Assembly: GCA_017499595.2 (NCBI GenBank)
Contig: CM039003.1
Span: 1,798,001-1,862,000 of the forward strand
From: Psilocybe cubensis
Taxonomy: Eukaryota
DNA: 64,000 nucleotides
Direction of reading: 5' to 3'
A model generated the notes under the pieces. The model ran no database searches, was not told where the DNA came from, and saw only the letters and a program-made list of their open reading frames with translations. Each line of letters opens with the position of its first letter. The first letter of the stretch is position 1. Position numbers and translations under genes: made by a program. This document shows positions 29,851-43,642 of this stretch, in pieces.

Positions 29851-32161
29851 ATGGATTCACTGGACACTACCTATGGGGCCGCATTTATTGGTTTGATTGG
29901 TAGCGCCGTGTATGTTCTTTGTGGGTGAACGAAGGTCTGTGATTGGCTGATTCCCCTTTATAGGCTCTATGGCGTCACACTTCTGCAGACGTAAGACCGT
30001 CAAGACATATTGGACTTTTGAGTAACTAATTTCTGTGCAGTTTCCTATATTTCAAGTGCGGCAAATTCTTGTGATAGATTCTTGTAATCTGAAACTTGGA
30101 GCAGACAATATCCCAATGATTCGCGATTCGTTAAGATTATTGTGAGTTGAAATGTTGCTCCGGCAGTTCCGTTCTCGTCATAACGCGTCTTGTATTGTTT
30201 TCTTCTTGCTACAGGTAGTAATTCTCTGGTTCTTGGACACCGCACACCTCTTCCTTTGTACAATCTCAATCTATTCGTCAGTGGCTGTCCGAACAACCTT
30301 TTGATAAATATCATGACAATGCGACACAGATATCTCGTTACCAACTTCAACAATACATCCGCGCTCCACCGGTCAACATGGTAAGGCCCCATAGCATGAC
30401 TTGTTCTCTGATATTGACCGTAAAATATAGGAGTATGAATGTAGGTCTTGGTTCGAGCTTTTTCTTGACTGCCATATGGCTCACAACGTGCCAATAGTTA
30501 CAAACTGATTGCAATGTGAGCCGCGACCTATAATTGAAAGCATCAAGCAAGGTTGACGGACTACGAACAGGGACTCATAGGTCTCATTGTTGAGTGGTAC
30601 ATGGATCATTTTCTTTGTAGTCTATCACGCTGATCAAAATGTTTGTATAGCTTTTTCGCCCGGAGGGTCTGGATAAGTAAATCTTCTTTTCTATGATACC
30701 TTGTGGTCTTATCTCACGATTCGGACCCGACCCCAGTGTCCAAAAATGTCATTATAACCGGAATAATTGTAAGTTCTATTGTTATGTAGCATGCAGGGGT
30801 AGCTCATTATTCGCAGGTCCTTCTTGCTTGCATTCATTGTGGTAAGCAACCTTCGGTTAAATTTCCGTAACAGGTACTCATAGTTACTGACAGGTCTGGG
30901 AGTCCGTGCGTACCAGTCGGTCTTTCTATTTCCTTTAGAGGTTTCTGACTTCGGTTTCCTCTTCAGTGTTCACGGTCGAGGGGTACGTCGGCTCTTGGTC
31001 GGTGTGATACTCCACACAGCTGACCAACTTCTAGTTTTATTCTGGTAGACACAACCAGGTTTCCGAGACTAATAGTAGGCTTTGTCTGTTCTATCGATGT
31101 TTATGGGGCTAATTGATATCCCGGCTACCTAGTGGGTGACAAGTACCGGGCTGGGAAGCGCAGCTGCTGCCGATATCATTATCGCCATTTCGCTCTGTTA
31201 TTACCTGACCAAAAGTCGTACTGGGTTTGCTCGGTAAATGTGTCTCGTCGGAGAGAGTAGACAGACGGCTTACAGGGGCGCTTTAGAACCGATTCTCTCA
31301 TTTCGACTTTGATCATCTATAGTCTGACGACAGGGCTGATCACGAGGTCTGTCAGATTATTTTTCTATTCTCTGCCGAGATTGCTCAACATGCTCACATA
31401 TCGCAGCGTCATTGCTTTCATATGTGTGGTCACCGTGAGGACTTCGCTTCCGAGATTTTGTGGAATTATATACTGAAAATGGGTCGTTCTCTGCAGTTTG
31501 CTACAATGCCAACAAACTATATCTGGCTGGGGTTCTTCTGGCTAATTGGAAAATGTGCGTAGCCTTCCTCATCTGTGCGGTCTTTACCGATGGCATGTGC
31601 TCACAATGCCTTGATCCCAGGCTATGTTAATTCACTATTGGCTGCGTTGAGTCCTCTTACTTGCTTGGCGTAAAGAATGAATAAATTAACGGTGCATTTG
31701 CCTTTAATAGACTGAATAGTCGCGAATCCCTTCGGGAACAGGCGGCACCCCAGGAAGGAACCTTTCTTCAACTGACGCCCTTTCGTGCCGTGGCGTCCGC
31801 CCATGTTTCTCAATGTATGGAGCCGCCCAGTCCGGGTGCTGGTAGCAGTCTGGAGAAGGATGCGCTAGGTCGATACTCCGACAACCCCTCGCTCTCCGTA
31901 AAGGTCCAAACACAGACGTTCACGAAATCAGACACAGAATTTGACTACATTGTCTCACCAGTACGTCTCTCTTCCTTCTTACCGACTTCCTAAAATGTGC
32001 CTTTCTTTCCTTCATGCGTTGCATGCGCCTTTCTTCTGCACTATTTTTGTTCAATTTCGTCCCATCGGCGAATACCTATTGGGTCCGAGTATATGTTGAC
32101 TGACGTTTGCATGTCCTTTTAACTTTTGCACTTACAGCCGCCGACAGCGACAAGGTTCTGA
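29851..32161 (+). CDS. DUF6534-type multi-pass (GPCR-like) membrane protein, ~22 short exons
   Basis: Assembled by GT-AG splicing: MDSLDTTYGAAFIGLIGSAV|LYGVTLLQT|FLYFK|QYPNDSRFVKII|VVILWFLDTAH...|FFARRVWI|...ADIIIAISLCYYLTKSRTGFAR|TDSLISTLIIYSLTTGLITS|...|YVNSLLAA|LNSRESLRE. These are typical motifs of this agaricomycete family. Confidence 0.8.
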
Positions 32162-34119
32162 GAGACACAGGGGGAAGAGACTCACGGCTTCAAAGAACCT
32201 TTCGACAGATCAATCGATTAAAGCATACATCTTGCCACCACGGACCTTGCATTTTCCCTTAGCCTTCCACACCACTCTAGTCATGGGTTGTTAGCTCGCA
32301 TTCTGCGCCTACTTCTTTGTACCCTCGTTACTCATCATTTACGAGCTTTGGACAGTGGGACTCAGTGGGATTCCTCCCATGCGGAGCTCGGCTCGCTTAT
32401 CTTTCTATTTCGTCGTCGCACATTCATCCGTCCATCTTCTCAACATTTCGACGACTCGATTCTCTAAAACGACCTTTCATTCATCCTCTGCTTTGGACTA
32501 TTTTATATACCCATGCCATCAGGGACTTTAATGAAAAAACGAAACCAATCCACATTCGTTCTAGAGCACAGAGAAACCAGACTCGGACATATTAGGGGCT
32601 TGGATCATGGAGGGATGGACGAGGGGTATAGTATTTGGTGTATATGTCAAGAATGGAGGGTTATTGCCCGATGTTGACAAGCTCAAGGGAAAGGGGGAGT
32701 TCTCCATAACGGCAACGGTTCTTTTTTTCCAGGTGTATTTGTATATCACGACGTTTCGAATCAAAGCTCGATTTCCTTTGCTGTACAGAGAGTGTAGATT
32801 TTATTTACTTTTATGTTAACTCGACTGCCATTTTTGCACCACTGTGTGACTTGGATACACGCCTATTTCAAATTTTGGGTTTTTGGGGTGGGTAAGTCGT
32901 CGGAGTGAATATCAAAGAAGAAGTGGAGGCGTAGACTAGTGCCGACGAAGACTTGAGTAGTGGAGAGAGACATGAACACAAAAACGTGGTAATAGACTCT
33001 TGATAGAGGGGTGGAAGTAGTGTGCATTTATTTTTACTGATCTCCAGAAGAAGGGAACGCCGCTGTAATATAGATAGCAAAGGGAGGAGGCCTATTATCT
33101 TCTCATAACGCCATAAGCGATGGTGGCTGACTCAAGGCTAAAGGGAGAAAATTATAAATCAACGGTCGCAGGTCGCGGTTACATGCGCAGTTAGAAGCCC
33201 CATTCGATCTAGTGTAATTAGTCGCTGCAGCACCATTTTCTCTGTGTCATCAGATCTAATTTTACGTTCTTTTTTCAGCAAGGGAATTCCAGGTTAATAA
33301 CAAAATCATCATAACCATAAGCTCCCGAGTCGTTGAAGCTAAAAGTCGCGCGTCGATGTCGAAACAACGGTCATGTTCAATATGGGATGTCCATGATTGA
33401 GGATGTTAAGCCTGATAGCTGCTGCGTGAGTTACCGTCCCAATGCGCTGCAAGACTCCGTCAAAGGCAATTCCAATGTGCAACATGTTAATTATCACCTT
33501 AAACGCGTATTTAGTGTTAATTGAAAGCGTCGAGCGATTGGGAGCCTGAGTGGACCCTAGTGGTCCTGGTCCAGGATGTGCAAAATAGTCGTACCAGATA
33601 CCTCCAGATGCCCAGCCGCAACCCTTCAATGCAAAAGGAAACGATAAATTTTGCTCCTTCCCAAAAACACGGAAGATAATTCGCCCTCATAAACACCAAC
33701 TGTGTACACGGGCGCTAATGAGGAAAGAAAGCAAGTTGGCGTAGTTGATTGCCCTAGATCGCCCCTTGATCGAATGGTATACACCCGGCTACGACCGAAA
33801 TGATTTGCGATTACATTATCGACGCCGCCGCCCTGAAGAGCTATTAATAGCATCTTCCTTCTGAAATGACAACTTTTGAATCACCATGTCAAAACTAGAG
33901 CAGTGGGCGGTGGGCTACGGTAGAATGGGCGCCTTTGTAACTTGGAAACCTCCAGCATATAATGGTTTTCCATCTTGTCCCTTGCAATGACGAATGATTC
34001 GCAGCGGGATGCAGCCGTCACCGTCCGCACATCGCACCACCATTCAACTGACGTGCCCCCGTCTGAGTTTCCAAAGTCCTGGCATCCAAAGATAACACCA
34101 TTTCGGCTTGCAGTTCTTA

Positions 34120-34149
34120 CTTGAGTTGAGGGCCGTTGCTTCGCACGGC
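34120..34149 (-). terminator. Helitron 3' terminus: GC-rich hairpin + 12 nt ending CAAG, followed by host T
   Basis: Minus strand reads GCCGTGC-GAA-GCAACGGC CCTCAACTCAAG|T; hairpin at 34132-34149. Homology with copy 2 ends here. Confidence 0.85.
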
Positions 34150-34283
34150 GATACGAGTCCTTGATTTCCCTCACCCTATGATAAGATTAGATACTGATAT
34201 CATCATATTGTATAATATAAATAAGAACATCATAAACATTACGTAAATATTTATGTTAAGTTGCGTGTACTGTAAACGCCAGT

Positions 34284-34965
34284 TCAATCGTCGAATCTAG
34301 GCTGCTTCAAATTACTCCAATCCCATCTTTCGCGATCCCATGAAGGAGGCCTGGTGATAACGTCAGGATGACATCGTACAGTATACTGATCCATCAAATT
34401 CTGAAAATCTGTATTTGCATTATAATTAGACAGTGTAGAGTACGAATTCGTGTTTGGGAAACCTACAGTTGCCTTTGCTAGTTACTATCAGCCTCGTTGA
34501 CGGTAGTTGAAATGGCTCTTTCATCGATAGTGAAGTTGATGAGGCTGTCTCTTGAATTGAGTTGCTTGAGGTTATTGGCCGTGGAGGCACTGATTCTGTC
34601 ATCGACCTCGCTGACGACTTTGCCCGACCGTTGCAGTTACTCTTTTTCCGTCTGTTGATTTGAATTTTTGAACGGCTCTACACAATGTATGTTAACGAAA
34701 ATTAAAAGTGTCCTTAATGATGGTTCGCACTCACCTTGTGGTTATTCGAATGTCTCGTAAAATCGCATCTCTTGAGATGCTTTGTCCAATGTTGAGGGTC
34801 GAAGGGCCATTTCTTCGACAGTAATATGCTCTTCCCGCAACTTTTACACTCCACTGAGTTCTCAGTGACCGATGCTGCCAAGGGGTCACTCAGTAGGGCG
34901 TTACGCCTTGCGATAGCTCTTTTGTAGGAACTACTTTCCGTAGCGTTGTCGTGCAAGACGTCCAT
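34284..34965 (-). CDS. Helitron cargo: small C2HC zinc-finger-like protein (3 exons), copy 1
   Basis: MDVLHD...RRNALLSDPLAASVTENSVECKSCGKSILLSKKWPFDPQHWTKHLKRC...|SRSKIQINRRKKS...|YFQNLMDQY...WDWSNLKQPRFDD*; both GT-AG introns keep the frame. Confidence 0.6.
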
Positions 34966-37900
34966 GTAGAAGTAGAACTTCGCTAACCAGATGTTTGGTC
35001 GTTGACATATGCAAGCACGTGCTACGTAGGCTTTTGAAGTCCGACGCGATGATATCGTTGCCTGCACCGATGGGGCGTGCATACAATCGATGTTATGGAG
35101 CGGTCGTTAGTTTGCGCGGTCGTGTTTTGGTATACCGTTGATGTAAGGCAGTGACAGTTCTCCTGAATTTTTTTTTTTCAAGGTTAACGTGGAGGCGTTT
35201 CAATCAACAAGACAGCGAGGAGCAATTCACCTCGCCACGATATTTTCCCCATATCTGTTAAACTGGGTGGATGTTCGAAAGCATGATTTTGTCAGACCTG
35301 TGTCAACAGATGTTGAGATAAGCTGTATATTATATGGGCCGAGGTTAGCACGTAGAACAAACTTCGTTTTGACGCCTTCAGTGAATGCAAACGCACATTC
35401 CGTTCAGGCGTGCAACAATCCTCCCGTTGCCCGTTCAACTCATTAACTTTCTGTTAATTCGTAGTACAGTATATGTTCTGAAGGATAGACAGCCAACGTG
35501 CTGTCAACCGGCTTCGGTGAGGGTCCGTTTATTTTCGTTCGTTCGATCTCAGTCCAAGCTCGTCTACAGTCAGGAGTGTGAGTATACATCGACTTTCACC
35601 GTGCAATCGGTCTCTCACCTGAATCAATGTATTCCAGACAACTAATATCGATTATACCCGTTGTACCGTATTCTCTCAGTAGTGCATCGAGGGGATTCGG
35701 TCATGTTATAGTGTCTCATACCACTCGATACAAGTTTGACCGCAGTAGACCGTTGACGGAAATGAAGAAAAGTGACTGGTATCGCATGGTTTCCACCCTA
35801 AAAGTTGCTTGAGGTTATCAGTGGCGCAACAATCTAAGAGGGGGAAAGTTGTTTGGGTGCTACTTACTGTCAGGATTCTTTTGTATTGATAGAGAGGCGT
35901 ACCGCCCAGACCGTCGAGGGCACTTTGAAAATTGTTGATCACACTGCATTTATAAGTCAGTTGACTCTCAAATACTTTGGCATAAAACTAAACGACTTCA
36001 TGTTGCATTGCGTCAGAAACCACGGAGTGTACGGAAGAAGATCATAGCAGGATGTGAATGGAATATAGGAGACATAGAGGAGTGTACGCAATGCACACAA
36101 CAGAACCCCGGAAGCGGACTGAACAGGCATGTGATCTACCAAAATACCTACTGTCCACTTCCGTTACTCAGAACTGCTTACAGGTGTTACCTTTGTTTCA
36201 CATTTGCTAATGGCCGTACAATTGTGTGCACTAGAGGAATGTGCGTCTTCAACAGGCAACAGTGCCCTCATCAGCACGCAGTCCTTCTACCTCGCACCTT
36301 CAGTACACTCCATCCAATGATACTCTTCACCACAAAAGATTCGCCCGCTCCCTCATCCTCCAACTTCTCCAACCATAGTTGATCAACAGCTCGTAACCGT
36401 ATGAAGAGGATGGAAGAATGTACCGTGATGCCTGTGTTACCGTGAGTGTCAATGTATCCTCTGAAATATACTTTCATTTGAGTGCTCGTGTCTCTTTGCA
36501 CCATCCATCCACCTTGGTCAACGTCTTTACGACAAACGAACGGATAGGTGCGAGACTGTGAGATTAATTGCCGTCTGCTAGGCGCTCGTGAGTTTCACCC
36601 TATATTGTCAACATAGCATGGCACTCACATACAAATAGAGATCCGGGTTCGATCAACCAGTCCGCAACACACTTACTCATACATTGTCGGTGCACACCTA
36701 ACTGGGACAACGTCAATAGACGCACCGACATATAGCATAGAAAATGCGGTCCGACGGACGTTAGCGCGTGTATTGGTTTGGAATTCAGCAACCGTGCAAC
36801 CTCAAATCACCCAAACAGAGATGGATCAAAGTTTCTTTGTACACCGCCTACTCTTCAACCCATCCAGTTTCCGTAAAAAACTGCTTAAACGGGAGTCGGT
36901 GTTTGCAATGTGGCACGTCGAGCGTACTGTCGTGAGTTTCAATGTGTTCATAGACCTTCGTCCGAGACATGCTGAAAATGGATGGGTCGTCTAACTTCAG
37001 CAAAAAAACACAAGACATTTACAACGCATGGGACGCGAGATACGGATTAAGACGGCGTCTGGCCAACTGTTAAACGCTAAAGTCTGTATGACTTGCTGTG
37101 TATCCACCGTATAGTTTCGCACTCACAATAATAGGTAGTTCCAATAAGAGGTGTATACAACACGATACGACCCGGCATGTTGGAGAAGTTGAAATTCCTA
37201 GATCAAAGTTGTATTCCATGGTACGTACCCATATTTGAAATGTCTAAATGCGGTGGCTTAATGCAAAATCTGCAGATGTTATTAGTTGGCTTCGTACGTT
37301 GTCAGTTTTTTTTTTTTTACGTGTTCGTGAAGGAATCCCAAGTAAGTCTAGAGAGGGTGATACAAATAACGTGAAAAGACTTACCTCTGTGTCAGTACTT
37401 CAACATGATAGTCCGCCTCTTGACTATGGACATTTATTGGGGTCTTTGTATCTGCGGTGTAACGTCAGGCAATACAATTGCGCGCAACAGGGCACTTCAA
37501 TGGACCAAAATCATTATGCCACACCTATGAACCATACACCAGCATATAAATGCGCTTAAGAATAAACCATACCTACGTCGTAGGTTTGTTTCGAACAGGC
37601 TATCCGAGCTGAACGAGTATTCAAGATGACCTATATCAAACAAAGCGTTTCCGTAGCACCTGCACCGCATCGAGTGTGACTGATATGGCTTGTAGTGGTT
37701 CGTTCGGATAAATATTCGTTTGGAGGTCGATGCAGAGTCTGAGTCTGTTCATGTCGGTATCAAGATGGCCTTCGTATCGATGACCTGGGCGATTCGGGTG
37801 AGTCTTCGACACCTGGCGATACTCTCGATTATGACACTTATCTCAACTCCTAGCAACGGACACCATATACCAGAATGCCGTTGTATATTGGACAACATCT

Positions 37901-38303
37901 CAGGTAGGTCGCCTGGTGTAAAGTTAAAGTTTATCATGTCCAGAGTCATGCGCGTATGACATCGTAAGCTTTTATATCCTGATTATGTTTGAAATTTACT
38001 CACCATCGCCTACAAGAGGGCGTGATATCTGTCTCGGCTTTCATTCAATCATGGCTTCTCATGGTCTACAGCGTCTGAGTCGCTGATTCGATGTTGTAGT
38101 AGCCCGTAAACAGCATTATCAGCCAATGTTCGCTTGTCCGATTTCCGTTTGGAGCCCGCGCTCTGAATGCCGAACAATCCGTGACCAGCGACGAAAGTCC
38201 ATATATGGTGGCCTTCCCATTTTCCATTTGCCACGTAATTTGTATCCCGCCAACTTCTTACCATCACCTGCATCTGCGGCCCCTCAAAACCAGCGAACAA
38301 AGA

Positions 38304-39644
38304 ATGGACGTAAATATAGGTAAGGCAGCATTCTTCGTAAACCTTTTCTAACAACAAACTAACGAACTTATTTGTTTCCTCTTTATTTTACAGTCGCAGC
38401 ATACGGATTGGCTTTCAGCCATGCCTTGGCCATTTTTTTGGTCGTCTTCAGGCTCATTATCAGGCGGTGCGACAAACGGTGTTGGTACGACGATGGGCTG
38501 GCGGCTGTGGCTGTGGTTGCAGACTTTGTCATTGCCCTCACATTGTTTAAATTGGGTGCGTTGTGATACTTTTTTTTTTTTTTTTTTTCTTTTTGTAGCC
38601 AGTCTTTTTTTATTTTACATTGATTGACATATATCATGGGGTTGCTATGTATAGCCATCGACACACCTACCGCCCTTCCTGTTTCCTACCGAGTCGAACT
38701 ATTTGCGTTCTTTATAGTTTTGTGGTGCGTAGTCACTTTCCACAACAAGCATGGCCACTTATTACTACGAATGCGCTGTCCAGGGTCTCCCGCGCCAGTA
38801 TAGTGCTATCACCGAATCGACTGCACAAGGCCAAACAACTCCGTGTATTATGGGGCTGGCTGTACGCTGTCATATTCATCGCAATCGGCATTATCTTCTC
38901 CACTTTCGCCATATTTGTGTGCAAGGTCAACACCGATTGCAAGTCGGATACTGTGTGTCCATGCCAACCACCTTACATTCTGCTGTTGTTTTCTCTTATA
39001 GGTAAGTCACACTTCATCTAATCGACTGCCCATTGCTGACTGCTATATAGCTGAACTCATTGCTGATATCTTGATTATTCGACGAAGCTGGACTATACTA
39101 ATAGTAGAAACCCGCGTGTCCTTTTTCAGACTGACGCACCGTTGGCGTGCCGTCGCGTTAGGTTACAACAGCAGCGTTTTCATAATGCTGTCCAGCGCCG
39201 TGTGGTTCGGGATTTACGTCAAGTTAGCTCAACAATATCCAATGTTAGTTGTGTATGCATTAAGCGCTACTGTGAGTTCTTTATCTACACCATCATCTAC
39301 AACATTGCTTCATTCTGCCTCAGGCCCTCGTGTCCTTATTGGCCATCAATGTGCCCGTCATCACGGGACCTCCAAGCAACAAAGGTCGTCGCACCCGCCT
39401 TCCAGTTGCGGGGCAAGACGTCATTCAACTAAATCGTCTCCAACCAACCACCGCTGCAGGACATGATGTTATTCAACACAATCGTCTCCAACCGATGACC
39501 GATGCGGTAAATCACGAAACATTGGCAAATATAGCAGAGGCAGTGGATCGCAACGCTTCCAAGATATACAGTGACAAAGATTCAGGCAAGGACATACAGT
39601 TTAGGGCGCCCAATAATTCTGTGGAAAGTTTGTTCGACGACTAG
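38304..39644 (+). CDS. Helitron cargo: Pth11-like / fungal rhodopsin-domain 7TM protein (6 exons), copy 1
   Basis: MDVNI|VAAYGLAFSHALAIFLVVFRLIIRRCDKRCWYDDGLAAVAVV...W|VSRASIVLS...ELIADILI...|ALVSLLAINVPVI. These match the RL..R.....W.DD and TM7 ..N.PV patterns of the family. Confidence 0.7.
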
Positions 39645-39818
39645 TAAACCGTATGCCAGTGCATGGTATCAATCCACACAATTAGCGCAGTCGATACATG
39701 AATGTTCAGTGTTATATAGATAGTTGCATGCTATATATATATTTTATAACTCGTTGATGAGGATGTCTGTATTGGTTACATTGTAGAGCATACAACACAT
39801 ATGACATACAGTAAACAA

Positions 39819-41296
39819 TTATGGCAAATGAGTACTAATGTAAATATCGTGTTCGTGTCTCATCTGATTCCGATTAGCATTCTTTCTCTTTTGAGTTTCA
39901 TAGGCCACACAACAATTTTCGGTTGGCGTCAATAGCTCGCCATCCACTATTTGATCAGCTCCTCGATCAGTGGGCAGTACTTGTTTGACCACCAATACCA
40001 CGCCATTGGTATCCTTCCTAGAATGCACACGTCTGACGCATTTACCCGCGTGTTCTCCTTCAATGATGGCTAATAACCCAAAGTCGTGCTTGATGGTAGG
40101 ATGTTTGGGCTTTATATGGGTCGATTCAATCCGTAACGTCCGCTTCGAATTGGGTGTAAATCGCATCATGCACAGCTGCCCATCCACGTCCTCCTGAACG
40201 ATTACAAACAACGGAGAAACGTGTCCATCGACGGTTGCCTCTTCCACCGTCAAAGGAACTCCAATCAGCTCTCGTTTCAACAAAAGATTACAAGGAGTGG
40301 TTAAAGATGCAACGTTGGTACCGTCGCTTGAATTTACGACGACGGTTCCTATGCTAATGCTTGTTAAATCTTCTGAATGGTCAGATGGATCCCACGCAGG
40401 CGAGGTGTCCTCAATAGTATCAGGCAATGGTGTATGTCTGCCACTGTCAGCGCTTTCAGTTCCTGTGGTTATTATGATCGATGGGTTGGCGAAGTTACGA
40501 GACTGGTGGACAGCGTTCGAATCATACGTCTTCGACAGGCTTAGAGGCTCAAAGGTACTACAAGCCGTGAGCGCGAGTACAAATCGGTAAATGAAATACG
40601 CTTACCTGTATTCCAGTACGTCGTCTCTGTTCAAAACAATTTTCTTGAAGGGATTCGACGGATCATATCGAGTCGGCTCTACAACTAAACGCAACTCAGG
40701 TTGACCTGTTCTTGGGCTTACGGACTGTAGTACCTCGGCGACAATGCCGATTAAGCCTTTGAACGTATGATGTACCTTGCTCACTATCACAGTTACACCT
40801 TTCCAACGATGATATCGGGTCGTGTGTGATGTTGGGATAAGCGCGAGGAGCGATGAAGGCTGACATGTCGTCGCATCTCCCAGAGAAACGAAATTCCTGT
40901 GCATATATATAATCTGAGATGTATGCATGAGCCAGAGTATATATACGGTTAAATGACAAATACTTGCCTCCAACATCGAGTCGGCTGTATTGATTTGCTG
41001 GTCTTTTGTAGTGCCTTGCTTATCGATTAGTTGTATTTCATCTCCCTTGATGTCCACGACCCAACCCGATCGTCCAGCATTAACGCCAGCGTCAACCCCT
41101 ACGTAATCCCCTATTTCGAAATGTTTTAAGATGTCACTCCATACGGTGCGTATTGTTGTCAACAGCTGGGTCGTAGTTGTATCAACTCTGTGGATTTCAG
41201 TTTCGTTGTAATGTTGACCAGTTTCGTCATGGTCGCAGCCTTTGTTGTATATATCGACATCGACCATATTATCGTCGTCGGCTTGCGCAATGACTC
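39819..41296 (-). CDS. Helitron cargo: Spt5-like gene, 3' part only (truncated by the gap), copy 1
   Basis: Same sequence as 49913-51390. Confidence 0.75.
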
Positions 41297-41396
41297 NNNN
41301 NNNNNNNNNNNNNNNNNNNNNNNNNNNNNNNNNNNNNNNNNNNNNNNNNNNNNNNNNNNNNNNNNNNNNNNNNNNNNNNNNNNNNNNNNNNNNNNN
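41297..41396. other. Assembly gap (100 N)
   Basis: Run of exactly 100 N, probably a placeholder of unknown true length. Confidence 0.99.
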
Positions 41397-41710
41397 TTGC
41401 AGTCCAGCCGCCGCCGCCGCAGACGAAGCCATGTCCAGTGCATTGCAATCAAACCCAAGAATACGAAGTGCTTTGAAGCCTTGAGCTTTGGCGTCATTAG
41501 CTACCTGTTTCCACTGCAATGTTTCAGCATATCATTGTGTGGTCAATGAGGCACTACATTGGTTCTTACCTGAGCCTGACTGCGACATGAATAGGAGGAC
41601 GAGCCTCCGATACTATTGGAAACGGCCAGTCCAGCAAAATTGTTGTTCCCAAATGTTGCAGGTGCAAAAGAAAGAAGGATTATGCTGGCTATGGTGATTG
41701 TAGAATGCAT
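41397..41710 (-). CDS. GH17 secreted beta-1,3-glucanase/glucanosyltransferase, paralog A (5' part; remainder in the gap)
   Basis: Signal peptide MHSTITIASIILLSFAPATFG, then NNNFAGLAVSNSIGGSSSYSCRSQAQ|WKQVANDAKAQGFKALRILGFDCNALDMASSAA. Paralog of 42368-43642 with the same intron position. Confidence 0.8.
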
Positions 41711-42367
41711 TTTTTCGTTGATAGACTGTAAAAAGAGAGTGAGAATAAGTTCTAGCGAAACTCTGCCCTATTATAGCGAGCCAAATTACTGTCTCTTATG
41801 TCATTAGTGGGGAGAAATGAATACTACGGTATAGCTTCAGGACATATCTGTAGTTATTAGTCAGTTCGTTCAGAAACCATGAGATACAAAGCAATATTGG
41901 TAGATGCTCAACTATTCTTCCTAAGGGCAAACTTAGTGAATGTATCAGACCCAAAATCGTACTAAAATACATTCTTGGAATATCATTCTTCTGCTCGCAG
42001 CTGGCTGACGTTACATAGTCCCTACAGATGCTATAGCACCTCATTTTAGGGCATTAAAATGACATTGATGAAGCTATATATAGAACGCTCTCAACTTCGT
42101 ATCCCTCAGTTCGAGAAATAGCGAACCCCAATTGTTATAAATCCTTGCCACTTCTCTAAACTGGCTAGGAGTGCTTTCAGACCAATGATCCCACTGGGAG
42201 ATCCCGTGAGGGTATGCAGAGATCGCCTTCGCATTCGTGTCCAGGATTGAAGAAATAGGGTTTAATCATTATGTTATTAATAAAATGTTTTGAGACCAGA
42301 ACTAATATGCAGGTCTTGTTGATAGTATAGAGTTTAGTATCCTGGTAGCCTTTATCGGTTTTACAAA

Positions 42368-43642
42368 TTAGCATGCGTTTAAAGCGTCTCCTGGCAGGAT
42401 TTTGCCGAAGATTCCGAAGCTCTGTTCAACGGCACCACCCGTCTTCCACAATTGGTCATCGTATTCGAAAGCAAATATTGTCATGCTTGTGTCACGAGCG
42501 GCACAGTTGATGCTGGAAATTGCGTTGTGCTCATCGGGTACGGATGGGGCTGCATTTCCATTATTGCTGCCTCGAGATGGCCAACCAGTCCTGAAAAGTA
42601 ACTCAGTTTATCGAGACTTTGATACAAATGGAATGACGTACTCGGTAATGTATATCTTCTTTCCGGGGCACGCAGCTTGCAACGCGGGTTTGACAGTGTT
42701 GTAAAGGAAGCTACCAGCCTGCCCTGAATTTACACCTCCGTCATAGAATGCACTGGATTAGAGTATTAGATGTGTCGGCTTGAGACAAATCTTATGCTTA
42801 CTGTGCATTTGCCCCAACAAAGTCGGCACCACACAGGGCGGGATTGTTTCGAATGTCAACCCAAGTGTGTACAGTGGAAACGGGGGTTGTAACGCCCACC
42901 GATCCGAGGTACCCTATTCCAGAGCATTAATGAACGGCATAAAGGCTTCATAAATTTGTATAGGAGTTACCTCGGACGTCGTATACTTTTGCCATAATGT
43001 TACCAACAGAATCTTGGACCTATAGAAATGGTTAACTTCTTAGATCGCAAAGAGCTTCTATCAATGGTGGTGCCGACCTCATTTCCAACCGTCAATCCGA
43101 CATATCGGCCTGCTCCATATTTAGTGTATGCTGCACGGAATGTTTGCACATCATTGCTACAATCAATGAACTGTTAGCGCAAATACGCTAAGATAGAAAT
43201 GCAACTGTACTTGATTTGGGTCATGCTAGCTGCAATAGTTCCCTAAAGACAAAGAAAGGTTGAGACCAAGGCATAGAACATCGTACAACTCATTTACAGA
43301 TTGTGCATAGATTCCTGCCATGATTTGGAGGCCTGCAGAGGCTGCAGCTGAAGATGCAAGGTCAAGAGCATTGCAATCGAACCCGATGATACGTATTATC
43401 TTGAATCCCTGGCTTTTGGCATCGTTGGCCAGTTGATTCCACTGAATGACTTGGTTACTAACCGGCATCGAGTTGAGCAAAATACATTTACATACCTGAG
43501 CTTGAGAACGGCAGCCATAGGTCGTCGTTCCTCCTGGACTGTTCGAGACAGCCAGGCCTGACATATGGTTAGTCGCCAGTACAGGCGCCGTGAAGCTGAG
43601 AAGAACGGTAATTGCGATGGCGGTGAAGGTCCTGTGGAACAT
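42368..43642 (-). CDS. GH17 secreted beta-1,3-glucanase/glucanosyltransferase (Scw4/Bgl2-like), paralog B
   Basis: Signal peptide MFHRTFTAIAITVLLSFTAPVLA; catalytic motifs GLTVGNE (acid/base) and KKIYITE|TGWPSRG (nucleophile); ends FAFEYDDQLWK...EQSFGIFG...NAC*. Confidence 0.88.

Larger units (their letters stand above)
34120..41296 (-). mobile_element. Helitron copy 1 (3' portion only; cut by the assembly gap)
   Basis: Matches 44214-51390 at a constant offset of 10,094 bp: the same ORFs, and the same homopolymer lengths where checked. Begins at the same hairpin/CAAG terminus with a different outer flank. Confidence 0.9.

Noticed and set aside
33300-34119. Possibility that copy 1 inserted into GH17-A and that this flank is the rest of that gene
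   Set aside because: I found no GH17 motifs (VGNE, ETGWP) in this flank, and its short ORFs have no recognisable product.
40602-41519. 305-aa ORF apparently fusing GH17 and Spt5-KOW sequence
   Set aside because: Artefact of translating through the 100-N gap; the two halves belong to different genes.
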